Below are positions 28,782 through 38,429 of a stretch of 57,602 nucleotides of DNA, piece after piece. The first letter of the stretch is position 1. Every line of letters begins with the position of its first letter. The notes beneath the pieces were generated by a model. The model worked only from the letters and a program-made list of their open reading frames with translations. It had not been told where the DNA came from and did no database searches. Source of the stretch: Eubacteriales bacterium (GTDB lineage: Bacteria > Bacillota > Clostridia > Oscillospirales > CAG-382); assembly GCA_045534025.1 (NCBI GenBank), contig JAZSIW010000062.1:1-57602 (forward strand). Direction: 5' to 3'. The translations under genes were made by a program, and so were the position numbers.

Positions 28782-30994
28782 TTACTTTCGCTCCATCCGC
28801 ATTTTGCGTAGCACTCATATTGCTCTTTGTTCTTCTTTTTCAAAATCAAACCGCCGCAAGAGGGGCATTTTCTTTCCTGCGGAACATCCCAGCTTGAAAA
28901 ATCGCATTTGGGATAATCTTCACAGGAATAAAAAGTCTTTTTACTTTTTGTTTGCTTTACAACTAACATCTTACCGCATTTAGGACAAGCTACGCCTATG
29001 TCCTTACGATAGGTCATTGTGCTTTTGCAAGTAGGATAATCTTCACACGCAAAGAAAGAGCCGTACATTCCCTTGCGCAAATACATAGGCTTGCCACATT
29101 TCGGACATTTATGCTCCGAAGGAAGCTTTGATACTTCCGGTGCTGCATCCAAAGGCTTTGTATTTTTACATGTGGGATAATTGGGACAGCCTGCAAATTT
29201 ACCAAACTTACCAACACGTTCCACCATTTTACAGCCGCACTTCTCGCAAATTATGTCTGTTTCTGTAGGCGCGATTGCAATCTTTCCCTCAGACAAAGTT
29301 TCTTCGGCAGCGCTAAGCTGTTTTGCGAATTCCACATAAAAGTCCTTTAACACATCAACATAAGGCAAGTCTCCGCTACATATTTTTTCCAAATCATCTT
29401 CCATCTCGGCCGTATAATTATAGTCAATTATGGATGGAAAACTTTCAAGCAAAAGTTTTGTGGTAACCTCACCTATTTCAGTGGGGACAAGCACCTTACC
29501 GTTGCGCTTAACATATCCGCGACTTGTTATTGTCGTAATTGTAGGTAAAAAGGTAGAAGGTCTGCCAATCCCTTTTTCTTCAAGCACTTTTGTGAGAGTA
29601 CCCTCCGTATATCTCGGTGGCGGCTGTGTGAAATGCTGTTCCGAAAGCATTTTTTCAAGCTTTAACAATTGTCCTTCGCTAAGTGCGGGCAAAGCGGAGG
29701 CAGAAAGCCCGTCTTCGTTATCGCTTTCCTCAGTTCTATCGTCATAAACAGACATATACCCTGCAAAACGCACAACATAACCGCCGGCTCTGAATATGTG
29801 TTGATCACACCCGATATCGCAAACAACGGTATCGAATTCTGCGGCACGCATTTGGCTGGCGATAAACCTTTCCCAAACAAGCTTGTAAAGCTTATACTGA
29901 TCGTTGCTGAGCTTACCTTTAACAGTGTCCGGTGTCAAAGAAGGATCCGTGGGGCGTATTGCTTCATGTGCATCCTGAGAATTCTTCTTAGACTTAAAGA
30001 TATTAGGTGTAGAAGGATAGTATTTTTCGCCGTATTTGTTAACAATAAACTCCTTGGCTGCTTGGGTTGCATCCTCTGATATTCTCAGCGAGTCGGTTCT
30101 CATATAAGTAATAAGACCGCGCATTCCGGCTTCACCCAAATTGACACCTTCATACAGTTCTTGTGCAACCATCATTGTGCGCTTAGATTGAAAATTAAGG
30201 CGTCTGTTTGCTTCTTGCTGCAAAGTGGAAGTAGTGAACGGAGGCATAGGTTTTCTGCGTTTGAGGGCCTTTTTTACGTTTTCTACAACAAAATCCTTAC
30301 CTTGGCAATCCAAAACAACGGCATTTGCCGCTTCCTCGTTGTTCAGTTCTTTCTTGCCGCTTCTATCACCGTAATATTTTGCAACAAGTGTGTCATCTTC
30401 ACCTACCAACTTTGCAGAAACGGTCCAATACTCCTTGGGGACAAAATCCTTTATTTCTTGCTCTCTTTCCACAACTAAGCGCGTCGCAACAGATTGCACA
30501 CGACCTGCCGAAAGACCGCTTTTCAGTTTTTTCCATAAAAACGGGCTTATTTTATAACCGACAAGACGGTCAAGAATTCTGCGCGCCTGTTGGGCATCAA
30601 CCAATTTCATGTCTATGTCTCTGGGGGCAGAAACAGCTTCTTTTAATGCCTTTTTTGTCACCTCATTAAAGGTTATGCGCTTAATTTTCTTTCCGTCGTT
30701 ACCTAAAACCGTCGACAGATGCCAAGCTATAGCTTCGCCTTCGCGGTCGGGGTCCGTTGCAAGATATATTCTGTCTGCGCCTTTTGCTTCTTTTTTAAGC
30801 TCTTTTATAAGATCTCCTTTGCCACGGATATTTATATAGTCGGGGGCAAAATTATTTTCCACATCCACGCCAAGCTTACTTTTCGGCAAATCTCTTACAT
30901 GTCCCTTACAAGCCGTAACCTTATATCCCTTACCCAAATAACTTTTTATCGTGGGTACTTTATAAGGGGATTCTACTATAATAAGTGTGTTCAT
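28778..30994 (-). CDS. topA: DNA topoisomerase I
   Basis: 738 aa with a TOPRIM domain (LIIVESP, DPDREGE), the active-site region ITYMRTDS and four C-terminal CxxC zinc ribbons. Confidence 0.96.
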   Translation of the reverse strand: MNTLIIVESPYKVPTIKSYLGKGYKVTACKGHVRDLPKSKLGVDVENNFAPDYINIRGKGDLIKELKKEAKGADRIYLATDPDREGEAIAWHLSTVLGNDGKKIKRITFNEVTKKALKEAVSAPRDIDMKLVDAQQARRILDRLVGYKISPFLWKKLKSGLSAGRVQSVATRLVVEREQEIKDFVPKEYWTVSAKLVGEDDTLVAKYYGDRSGKKELNNEEAANAVVLDCQGKDFVVENVKKALKRRKPMPPFTTSTLQQEANRRLNFQSKRTMMVAQELYEGVNLGEAGMRGLITYMRTDSLRISEDATQAAKEFIVNKYGEKYYPSTPNIFKSKKNSQDAHEAIRPTDPSLTPDTVKGKLSNDQYKLYKLVWERFIASQMRAAEFDTVVCDIGCDQHIFRAGGYVVRFAGYMSVYDDRTEESDNEDGLSASALPALSEGQLLKLEKMLSEQHFTQPPPRYTEGTLTKVLEEKGIGRPSTFLPTITTITSRGYVKRNGKVLVPTEIGEVTTKLLLESFPSIIDYNYTAEMEDDLEKICSGDLPYVDVLKDFYVEFAKQLSAAEETLSEGKIAIAPTETDIICEKCGCKMVERVGKFGKFAGCPNYPTCKNTKPLDAAPEVSKLPSEHKCPKCGKPMYLRKGMYGSFFACEDYPTCKSTMTYRKDIGVACPKCGKMLVVKQTKSKKTFYSCEDYPKCDFSSWDVPQERKCPSCGGLILKKKNKEQYECYAKCGWSESK

Positions 30995-32215
30995 CTATGT
31001 CTCCTTAATCTGGTTTTTTTGTATTATTGCCGCAGGAACTTCATCTCCCGGTACTGCGTCATAAAGCCCGCCGGGCATTCTTGCGGCATATCCGTCAAGC
31101 TCAAGCTCAGTAGCGGCGCGCATAAGCTCTTTTAAGCTATATTTTGCATTTTCTGCAGCCACTTGTGTAAGTGACACCGGACCGTACTCATCCAAATAAT
31201 CCAAAAGAAAGTTATAAATATGCTCTTTCCTGACCCTTGTTGAAATGCGAGTTCCATCATCCTCGGGCTTTTCAGGATTCAAAAGAGCAGGTAACGGCAA
31301 ATCAGGTGGAACCGAGTTAGGTAATAGAACCTCATATTCCTCAAGTATATCCGAAACAGACATAATCATGCGTGCGCCACCTCTTACCAACGCCGCCGTA
31401 CCTGCATTTTCTTTTGTTAAAGGCATAGGAGGAACACAAACCATCTTCCCTTGTCGTTTTGCCAAGGATGCCGTTATCAAAGCACCGCTTTTGTCGGGAG
31501 CTTCAACAACCACAACAAAATCCGAAAGACCGGCAATTATCCTGTTGCGCCTGGGAAAAGAGGTCTTATATGTAGGACATCCCGGCCAATACTCGCTTAT
31601 TACAACACCGTATTTGTACACCTTATTAAAAAGCGATGCGTTTTCCTTTGGATATATCGTATCTATCGAATTTCCTATTACACCGACGGTAACTCCCCCA
31701 TTATTTAGGGCTGCGCGTTGACAAGTTCCATCTATCCCTTTGGCAAGCCCGCTGATAACTATAACGCCACAGCTTGCAATGCCGCCCGCAAGATACTCCG
31801 CTGTTTTTTTACCATAGTCTGACATACCTCTTGTGCCAACCATTCCTGCGCACAAAGTCTTATCAAAATCAGGGAATCTGCCCTTAAAGAACAACAAAAG
31901 CGGAGGGTCTTTTATTTTTTTCAGTTTCTGCGGATATAAAGTGTCTTCTATAGAGTACAATCTGATATCCATAGCCATTGTTTTTTTATAAAGCTCAAAC
32001 GCCGCTTCAAGCCGCTTGTCAAACAACCTGCGCATTGCTTCATCCGGAATGTTAAGATCGTGTGTGTCGTAATCGTCAGAATCGTATAAAGTGTAAATAT
32101 CCTTATACCGACTGTATAACTTGTAAGCGAAAGCTGCATCGGGTCCGCAGGCGCAAACGTACCATATAAATTTTAGTCTGCCGTCCAGTTCTCTATCAGG
32201 TAAGCCTTTAAGCAT
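30995..32215 (-). CDS. dprA: DNA-processing protein DprA
   Basis: 406 aa with a Rossmann core (GLAKGIDG...SEYWPG...FPRRNRIIAGLS). The dprA-topA adjacency is typical. Confidence 0.9.
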   Translation of the reverse strand: MLKGLPDRELDGRLKFIWYVCACGPDAAFAYKLYSRYKDIYTLYDSDDYDTHDLNIPDEAMRRLFDKRLEAAFELYKKTMAMDIRLYSIEDTLYPQKLKKIKDPPLLLFFKGRFPDFDKTLCAGMVGTRGMSDYGKKTAEYLAGGIASCGVIVISGLAKGIDGTCQRAALNNGGVTVGVIGNSIDTIYPKENASLFNKVYKYGVVISEYWPGCPTYKTSFPRRNRIIAGLSDFVVVVEAPDKSGALITASLAKRQGKMVCVPPMPLTKENAGTAALVRGGARMIMSVSDILEEYEVLLPNSVPPDLPLPALLNPEKPEDDGTRISTRVRKEHIYNFLLDYLDEYGPVSLTQVAAENAKYSLKELMRAATELELDGYAARMPGGLYDAVPGDEVPAAIIQKNQIKET

Positions 32216-33014
32216 CTTTAAAACCTCTCACAAGTTCCCACATCAAAACGGAAGCGGCGATAGAAGCATTTAAGCTTTCAACGCCTGCTACCATAGGGAT
32301 AGTTACACATCCATTGCAGCATTCTGCCAATTCTTCTGTAATACCATTGCCTTCATTTCCGACGATAATACAGTCTTTTTTTCCAAGCTCAGCATTGCGT
32401 ATATCAACAGCCGCTTTTGACGGCATGGCTGCGTAAACTCGCCTGCCATCGTTTTGCAATTTTTTTACGGTATTCATTAAGTCGTCGCTTATACATATAT
32501 TGGCACGGAAAATAGTTCCCATGGAAGCGCGCAAAGTTTTTGTGTTATATAAATCGGCGCAATCCGAAGACAAAATCACATTGCTGATGCCGAGTGCGCA
32601 CGCCGTACGTATAATCGTGCCCAAGTTACCCGCATCTCTGACAGACTCCAACATTATCGCCGCACCGTTAGCAATTTTATCGGTTTGTCTATTAATCGGG
32701 CAGACCGCAAGTATCCCTTGCGGAGCTTGTTCCGAAGAAATATATAAGTATAAGTCTTTAGGAACAATACACACATCGCATTTGCCCGACAGGCTTATTA
32801 AATCATGATATTTTACCTCCGCTTCTTCGGTGACAAAGAGGCGTGTCGGTGTAAATCCGCTGCTTAAGTACTCACCCAAAAGTTTGTGTCCTTCAATTAC
32901 AAACAAGCCAAATTCAAATCTATATTTTTTGTCCGCAAGTTTACGAACAGTTTTAATCTTTTCGTTACTTTTAGAACTGATGTATTCTCTCATAAAATCC
33001 GCCGTCCACAACAT
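32208..33014 (-). CDS. TrmH/SpoU-family RNA 2'-O-methyltransferase
   Basis: 268 aa with SPOUT motifs (DAGNLGTIIRTA, VGNEGNGI, ESLNASIAA). An alternative start is at 32993. Confidence 0.85.
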   Translation of the reverse strand: MLWTADFMREYISSKSNEKIKTVRKLADKKYRFEFGLFVIEGHKLLGEYLSSGFTPTRLFVTEEAEVKYHDLISLSGKCDVCIVPKDLYLYISSEQAPQGILAVCPINRQTDKIANGAAIMLESVRDAGNLGTIIRTACALGISNVILSSDCADLYNTKTLRASMGTIFRANICISDDLMNTVKKLQNDGRRVYAAMPSKAAVDIRNAELGKKDCIIVGNEGNGITEELAECCNGCVTIPMVAGVESLNASIAASVLMWELVRGFKDA

Positions 33015-33055
33015 ATTGGCGCTAATAAAAAAAGCACCATTATACCTATTATAGT

Positions 33056-33084
33056 ATAATAGTACTTTTTTGTTCCGTTGTCAA
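33056..33084 (-). promoter_or_regulatory. candidate sigma-70 promoter upstream of the TrmH-family gene
   Basis: The minus strand reads TTGACA (33084-33079), a 17-nt spacer, then TATTAT (33061-33056). Confidence 0.45.
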
Positions 33085-33086
33085 TA

Positions 33087-33938
33087 TTATTTTTCACCAA
33101 GCACAACTCTGTCAATCCCGCCAAGGTCTTTAAACACCGCAACAGAATAACCCATAACCGAGAGCATTTGTGCAACAGCATTCGCCTGCCCTATACCGAC
33201 TTCGAAAAGAATTCTGTGCGAGGGCTTCATAATCAAATCAGCATTTGCGATAATATATCTGTAATACTTAAGGCCGTTTTCACCGCCGTCAAGTGCGGTT
33301 TCCGGCTCATATTGCACTTGCACATCAAGAGTTGCTATATCCGCAGTAGGAATATACGGGGGATTACAAACTAAAAGGTCATATCCCTCACCCCATTCCT
33401 CATACAGCATATGTAAATCGTCGGGGTCAAGTACATCGGCACGCTTAACTTTAATATTAGAATATTTTTCCAAATTAGCTTCGGTAAAAGGCAAAGCTTT
33501 AAGGGAAAGCTCTGCCGCTGTGCCTTTAACCCCCTCAACATTTTCTGCTATTGCCATCGAAACGCAACCACTACCTGCACAAAGCTCTATAAAGCTACCG
33601 CCTTTTCTAAGCAATCCGATTGCCGCCTTAGCAAGAATTTCGGTATCGGCACGCGGGATAAAACACCCAGGCCCCACCTTTACCTCAAGCCCATAAAACC
33701 AACAGCTACCCAAAATATACTGCACCGGCATGCCAACGCTGAGCATATTAACAGCATCCGCTAAATGATACGGCAGGTCACTTGGCGCTTCGTCGTCCAA
33801 TTTGGCAAGCATATTTCCCCTATTTGTACCAAGGTAATGAGAAATTAGTATATCTGTGATAACATCGGATTCATCGTTACCAATACTATTCAAAATATCG
33901 AGGGTTTCTTCACGACAGTCACGTATTGTCATTATCAT
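33087..33938 (-). CDS. prmC: release factor glutamine N5-methyltransferase PrmC
   Basis: 283 aa with SAM motif ELCAGSGCVS and catalytic CNPPYIP. Confidence 0.9.
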   Translation of the reverse strand: MIMTIRDCREETLDILNSIGNDESDVITDILISHYLGTNRGNMLAKLDDEAPSDLPYHLADAVNMLSVGMPVQYILGSCWFYGLEVKVGPGCFIPRADTEILAKAAIGLLRKGGSFIELCAGSGCVSMAIAENVEGVKGTAAELSLKALPFTEANLEKYSNIKVKRADVLDPDDLHMLYEEWGEGYDLLVCNPPYIPTADIATLDVQVQYEPETALDGGENGLKYYRYIIANADLIMKPSHRILFEVGIGQANAVAQMLSVMGYSVAVFKDLGGIDRVVLGEK

Positions 33939-34962
33939 TCACCTTGTCGTCTTTAATCTTGCCGTGAATGTCGTAACCTTCTTCAAAAGGAGGTTCAAAA
34001 CCAGGAAACTCTTCAATCAAAGCGGTTTTTAACGACGTAATGGCAACTTCTATCATATCGTCGTCAGGCTCTCTGGTAGTAATTCTTTGCATCCACAAAC
34101 CGGGTGCGGAAAGTATACGAGTAAACGCATTGTCATGCTTTCCTGCAAACATTATAAATTCAAAGCTTATGCCAACAAGCAAAGGCATCAAAACAATGCT
34201 GCATACCAATCTTTGCCACGTAGCACTAAAAGTAACAAAAGAATACAGCGTTGCTGTAAAAACAATGGAAATGATAAGAACAACGAAAATAAACGAAGTG
34301 CCGCAACGGGGATGATAACGACTTTGCTTTCTAACGTTTTCCACAGTAAGCTCTTCACCTTTTTCGTAACAAAAGATGCTTTTATGTTCAGCACCGTGAT
34401 ACATATATGTGCGCTTGATATCTTTCATTAAAGACGTAAGCAAAATATAGAGCACGAAAATAATTATCCTTAGAATGCCCTGTGGAATACTTCTGAAAGG
34501 ATCCTCAAACGGAATCAGTTCTTGAAGATAATTGGTAACTAAAATAGGCAGGTACATAAACAAACCTACAGCCAAGCCTACGCCTATTATTATTGCAAAA
34601 AATGAAAGCACAGACATCAGCATCTTTGAGGATTGCTTTTGCTTTTCGGTAGCGTTTTCTTCCTCAAGACCAAGCATCTCCGTAGACTCCGTCAATGTAG
34701 AAAATGATAAAGCCATCATTTCAACGAAATTAACTGCACCTCTTAAAATGGGTATATTCAACCATTTATGCTTTTGTCTGATGCCGACATAATCTTTTGC
34801 GTGCACGTTAATCTTTTTGTTATCATACCTGCGCACAGCCAAAGCAACACGCGTTTTGGACTTCATCATTACACCTTCCAAAACCGCCTGACCGCCCACC
34901 GTACCTAAACGAGGATTTGCCGCAGCTTTTTTGCATTTTTGTGCCAAAGAAAAACCTCCCAT
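33919..34962 (-). CDS. DUF1385-domain membrane protein (PrmC-associated)
   Basis: A GGQAVLEGVMM motif near the N-terminus, multiple TM helices and the usual pairing with prmC. The start is uncertain. The track start, TTG 35043, adds an implausible hydrophobic extension that overlaps the divergent promoter. ATG 34962 is given here; TTG 34947 has GGGAGG 7 nt upstream and may be the true start. Confidence 0.75.
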   Translation of the reverse strand: MGGFSLAQKCKKAAANPRLGTVGGQAVLEGVMMKSKTRVALAVRRYDNKKINVHAKDYVGIRQKHKWLNIPILRGAVNFVEMMALSFSTLTESTEMLGLEEENATEKQKQSSKMLMSVLSFFAIIIGVGLAVGLFMYLPILVTNYLQELIPFEDPFRSIPQGILRIIIFVLYILLTSLMKDIKRTYMYHGAEHKSIFCYEKGEELTVENVRKQSRYHPRCGTSFIFVVLIISIVFTATLYSFVTFSATWQRLVCSIVLMPLLVGISFEFIMFAGKHDNAFTRILSAPGLWMQRITTREPDDDMIEVAITSLKTALIEEFPGFEPPFEEGYDIHGKIKDDKVNDNDNT

Positions 34963-34972
34963 CAACAAACAC

Positions 34973-35001
34973 TTGCAAAAATGCAAGTAATAATATATAA
35001 T
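34973..35001 (+). promoter_or_regulatory. sigma-70 promoter of the RNHCP operon
   Basis: TTGCAA (34973-34978), a 17-nt spacer, then TATAAT (34996-35001). Coordinates are anchored on the codons of the overlapping track ORF. The -35 lies inside the palindrome TTGCA-AAAA-TGCAA. Confidence 0.6.
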
Positions 35002-35065
35002 ATATTTACACTTTATTATAAACCCTATCTTAACAAAAATCAACCGTTTTTTTATAGGTGAAAAA

Positions 35066-35407
35066 ATGACAAAACTATTTACAAAAAACGACAGCGGATT
35101 TGTTTGTAAAGCTTGCGGTAAAGAAGTCTTACCTCTTGGCTATTCATCTCGCAATCATTGCCCACACTGCCTTGCTTCCTTGCACGTGGATGTCAATCCC
35201 GGAGACCGAGCTTGTGAATGTGAAGGTATCATGTACCCTATAGGGGTAGAACCCAACGCAAGGCAAGAATACGTCATAACCCATAAATGCTCTGTTTGCG
35301 GTAAAGTAGGCAGAAACAAGTCTGCCGAAGATGACAGCAAGGCACTTTTAATAAGCTACACAAATCCGTTTAATATACCAAAATTTAAAAAGGAGTTCAA
35401 ACGGTGA
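35066..35407 (+). CDS. RNHCP-domain zinc-ribbon protein
   Basis: 113 aa. FVCKACGKEV...SSRNHCPHCLASLHVD...GDRACECEGIM...HKCSVCG...NKSAEDD matches the RNHCP domain layout, with four CxxC-type pairs. Confidence 0.85.
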   Translation: MTKLFTKNDSGFVCKACGKEVLPLGYSSRNHCPHCLASLHVDVNPGDRACECEGIMYPIGVEPNARQEYVITHKCSVCGKVGRNKSAEDDSKALLISYTNPFNIPKFKKEFKR

Positions 35408-36423
35408 AGATAAAATTTAACAAAGAGTTATTTAACAACACAAATTTTACAATAATATTTTCAGCAATCGTTGCAACCGCAACTGCATATTTATCATTGC
35501 CAAGCTCAGGTATCGTGAGCACTTTCCCTTTAGCATTTATTTTTTCGATGATAGCTGTTTGGTTTGTGAAAGACTATTTGTACGTACACGCAGCATTCTT
35601 TTTAATCACATATCTATTTGCATTTTTTAACGGTACCCCTATTGGGTTTGAAAACGTGCTTGGAGGATACGCACTCAGAGTTGCGTTGAAAGCAACATTA
35701 ATGTCTTTTCTCGGTAGATTGGTTGTTGTTTTCATAAAGGATAAGGGAAAAATAGTAAACAAAAAGTGGTTATCGGTTTCCGCCGTAACGCTTCTGACGT
35801 TTGTTGCAATATTAATTTCTTTTTATGAAAGCGGCACTCCTTGGGGATATAACGAAGCCAAGCGCAACATAAACAATGTTTTAGAACAACGCTTCGACAC
35901 AGAAGGTGTAAAGCTTTCTAAAGTTTATTGTGCACCGGGTGAAAAGGGATATTTTTGCGATGCAAGCATAAAGGGAAACGACAAGGTAGCCCATATAAGA
36001 TACAGCGATGAAACAATAAGCGAAAATATTACAGAACTGTACACCGATAAAATCACAGCAAGCTCGGTTACAAAAATGACAGAAGCGCTTAGACAAACCT
36101 TTATCGACGACAGTTTTGAGGTTAAATGTGAATATATCGGTTCTTATAAAACAAAGCTTTCTCTCAAGAATCCCGAAACAGTAAGCGAATACTTGGTTTT
36201 TACCATAAATATTTACAGCGAAGAAACGGCCAAATCTTTTAATGCAGAGGCAAAACGATATTTTAAAGCAGTAAGCGAGTCCGGCGTGCCATGTCAAAGC
36301 CTCATCGTAAACGGTGGTATACGCAGAAAAATGTTCTACACGGCGCAAGGAAATCCGTACATACCTGACTCCTTTACATTTAAATCATACAACAACGCAA
36401 TAATGCCAAACAGCATACAATAG
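35404..36423 (+). CDS. polytopic membrane protein with a C-terminal soluble domain, unknown function
   Basis: 339 aa. The GTG start overlaps the RNHCP stop (GTGA), and AAGGAG lies 7 nt upstream. It has four or five N-terminal TM helices followed by ~190 aa of soluble sequence. I recognise no family. Confidence 0.6.
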   Translation: MKIKFNKELFNNTNFTIIFSAIVATATAYLSLPSSGIVSTFPLAFIFSMIAVWFVKDYLYVHAAFFLITYLFAFFNGTPIGFENVLGGYALRVALKATLMSFLGRLVVVFIKDKGKIVNKKWLSVSAVTLLTFVAILISFYESGTPWGYNEAKRNINNVLEQRFDTEGVKLSKVYCAPGEKGYFCDASIKGNDKVAHIRYSDETISENITELYTDKITASSVTKMTEALRQTFIDDSFEVKCEYIGSYKTKLSLKNPETVSEYLVFTINIYSEETAKSFNAEAKRYFKAVSESGVPCQSLIVNGGIRRKMFYTAQGNPYIPDSFTFKSYNNAIMPNSIQ

Positions 36424-36511
36424 CAACAGCGCCACATGAATCCTGTCGGATTCACATGGGAGCTACGAAAACAAGCAGTGGGCGGTTTTACCCGTCCACT
36501 GCTTTTATGAA

Positions 36512-36541
36512 AATGGGAGGGCCAACGCCCTCCCATTTTTT
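36512..36541. terminator. bidirectional rho-independent terminator
   Basis: AATGGGAGGGC, loop CAAC, GCCCTCCCATT, flanked by A-runs upstream and T-runs downstream. It lies between convergent genes. Confidence 0.8.
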
Positions 36542-38429
36542 ATCTGTCATTCAAATCGTATACACCTTGGAATACATATACAACACCAAAACCGCCGCGA
36601 TCGCTTCTTAACCACTTACTTTCGAAGTAAGAAACGGTGTAATTTGTACGTACAATATTACTTTCAGATACGTTGGGATCATTTACTATAAAGTATTCAA
36701 CGCCATTGATTACAGTATAACCAACAACAAGCACCAAGTGACCCGAAGAGGTCAAAGAAGTTGTACAGCCAATCACGCAGCCCTGTGACAAAGCATACTT
36801 AATCATATCGGTATTATAGAAGTCAAGGAACGCATAGTAACCCTTTTCGCCTGCATATGCAGTAGCAAAAGCCCAGTTACCGTAAGCACCCCAATCGTTG
36901 TCGTACATGGCCTTGGCAGCTGTAAGAGAAGTAACCGTAGTACCCAAATATTCAAGCGCCATCGCAGTGGTCGTAGGACTGCAAATAATGTTGCCGATAG
37001 AACCGTTTGCAGAAGCCAACTGTGAACGCATGGGAACATTGTTCAAATAAGATGTGGGCAACGCAGATTTGTTAACGCTTTGTTGAAGCGCCATCTGAGG
37101 TGTTGCTAAGCTAAAGTTTTCAACTATCGGAACACCATTATTATATTTGGTCAATGTCAACCTAACGCGAACATTACCCGTTGTTGTATAGTTGCTGTTA
37201 ACGGTAAGTATATCCACATCAATAGAACCGTAAGTTGTTGAAGGTGAGGCGCTGCCGGAAACACCGGAGGATGTAGACCAAGTACCCCAACTTAAATAAG
37301 AAGACCATGCACCGGTTGTAAGCTCATAGGACACAGCCAGGCTGAGTTTACCATTATTGGTAACAGCATTCCAAGAAGCAAGCATCATCTTAAAGGACCC
37401 GATATTGATAATGTCCGTTGTAAAAGTACCGGAGGTGCTGCCGGAAGCAAGGGTAAGCTTGCCGTTGGAAACAACGGTACCGCTATGTGTACCCGTTACT
37501 TCAGTAAAGCGGAAGGTCTGTGCATGATAACGCAAATCGCTTTCGGGAACAACTATTTCTTCCGGCTCTGTTTTGTTAAGCTGAGTTACAACGGGAGTTA
37601 TGTAGCTGATTCTATGCGCAATAAACTTCCTCATTGTAAGCAGATCCGCAGTGTTAACAACAGTATCACCGTTAAGATCGTGTATAACACTTGTGGTATC
37701 GATAGTCTTTTTGGTAAGCCCCTTCAAAAAAATCGCATAATCCGTAGTGGTAACTGTAGCGTTGCTATCCAAATCCCCGATAACAAGAAGGGTATATGCT
37801 GCACTTGTGGCACTTTGAATAGTAAAACCATTGCCTAAATAACTGTCGTCCGCTACCGTGTTGCCGTCAGTATCCTTAACAACAAGCTCGTTTGTTGCTT
37901 CACAAAAATGCGTCTTTAGATCCCCGGCTTTGCTGTATACTCCTATACCGCTTACGGTCTTTTCGGCATGATCAATCACCAAATCAGAGTCAGAATCAAG
38001 CGTCAAACCGAAAGAAGAACTTACACGAACATAACCGGAGTTACAAGAACCGTTCGAAAGGTTAATGTTGTACAAACTTAACGTATCGCCTATACCTATC
38101 TTGCTGGCATTTTCATACTGCGCGTGCGACATGTGAGAAACCAACAAAATATGTTTATCTTTTACAGTCACATTCTTTGCGCCTGTAGGATAAATCGCTT
38201 CAACTTTGTAAACATTATAAGAAACATAAACTGCATCAATCGCAACCCAATACTGAGCATCAAATGTACCGGTTGTCCAAATATACGTGCCGCTTGTAGA
38301 CTTTGAGCCGTTGATAGAGTCAATGCATACCGTCAAGGCTCCCGCTGATGTTTCAACGGCCGGTATCAAACTGACGGCAAAGCACACAACAAGCAACATC
38401 GCCAAGCTTTTTACTAAATGCGTTTTCAC
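36540..38429 (-). CDS. secreted protein with an internal dockerin and a C-terminal C39-like (papain-fold) peptidase domain
   Basis: Signal peptide; a duplicated dockerin-type calcium-binding segment (GDLDSNATVTTTDYAIFLKGL and HDLNGDTVVNTADLLTMRKFI); a C-terminal Peptidase_C39_2-like pattern (NVPMRSQ...NIICSPTTTAMALEYLG...SSGHLVLVVGY...NDP). I moved the start to GTG 38429, which has GGAGG 7 nt upstream. The track start, GTG 38435, is only 1 nt from the RBS. Confidence 0.7.
   Translation of the reverse strand: MKTHLVKSLAMLLVVCFAVSLIPAVETSAGALTVCIDSINGSKSTSGTYIWTTGTFDAQYWVAIDAVYVSYNVYKVEAIYPTGAKNVTVKDKHILLVSHMSHAQYENASKIGIGDTLSLYNINLSNGSCNSGYVRVSSSFGLTLDSDSDLVIDHAEKTVSGIGVYSKAGDLKTHFCEATNELVVKDTDGNTVADDSYLGNGFTIQSATSAAYTLLVIGDLDSNATVTTTDYAIFLKGLTKKTIDTTSVIHDLNGDTVVNTADLLTMRKFIAHRISYITPVVTQLNKTEPEEIVVPESDLRYHAQTFRFTEVTGTHSGTVVSNGKLTLASGSTSGTFTTDIINIGSFKMMLASWNAVTNNGKLSLAVSYELTTGAWSSYLSWGTWSTSSGVSGSASPSTTYGSIDVDILTVNSNYTTTGNVRVRLTLTKYNNGVPIVENFSLATPQMALQQSVNKSALPTSYLNNVPMRSQLASANGSIGNIICSPTTTAMALEYLGTTVTSLTAAKAMYDNDWGAYGNWAFATAYAGEKGYYAFLDFYNTDMIKYALSQGCVIGCTTSLTSSGHLVLVVGYTVINGVEYFIVNDPNVSESNIVRTNYTVSYFESKWLRSDRGGFGVVYVFQGVYDLNDR

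Noticed and set aside
34963-35043. N-terminal 27-codon extension of the DUF1385 ORF in the track (MIFVKIGFIIKCKYIIYYYLHFCKCLL)
   Set aside because: It starts at a TTG without an RBS, is translated from the AT-rich divergent promoter region (it contains the TTGCAA-17-TATAAT promoter on the other strand) and is unlike DUF1385 N-termini. An internal start is preferred.
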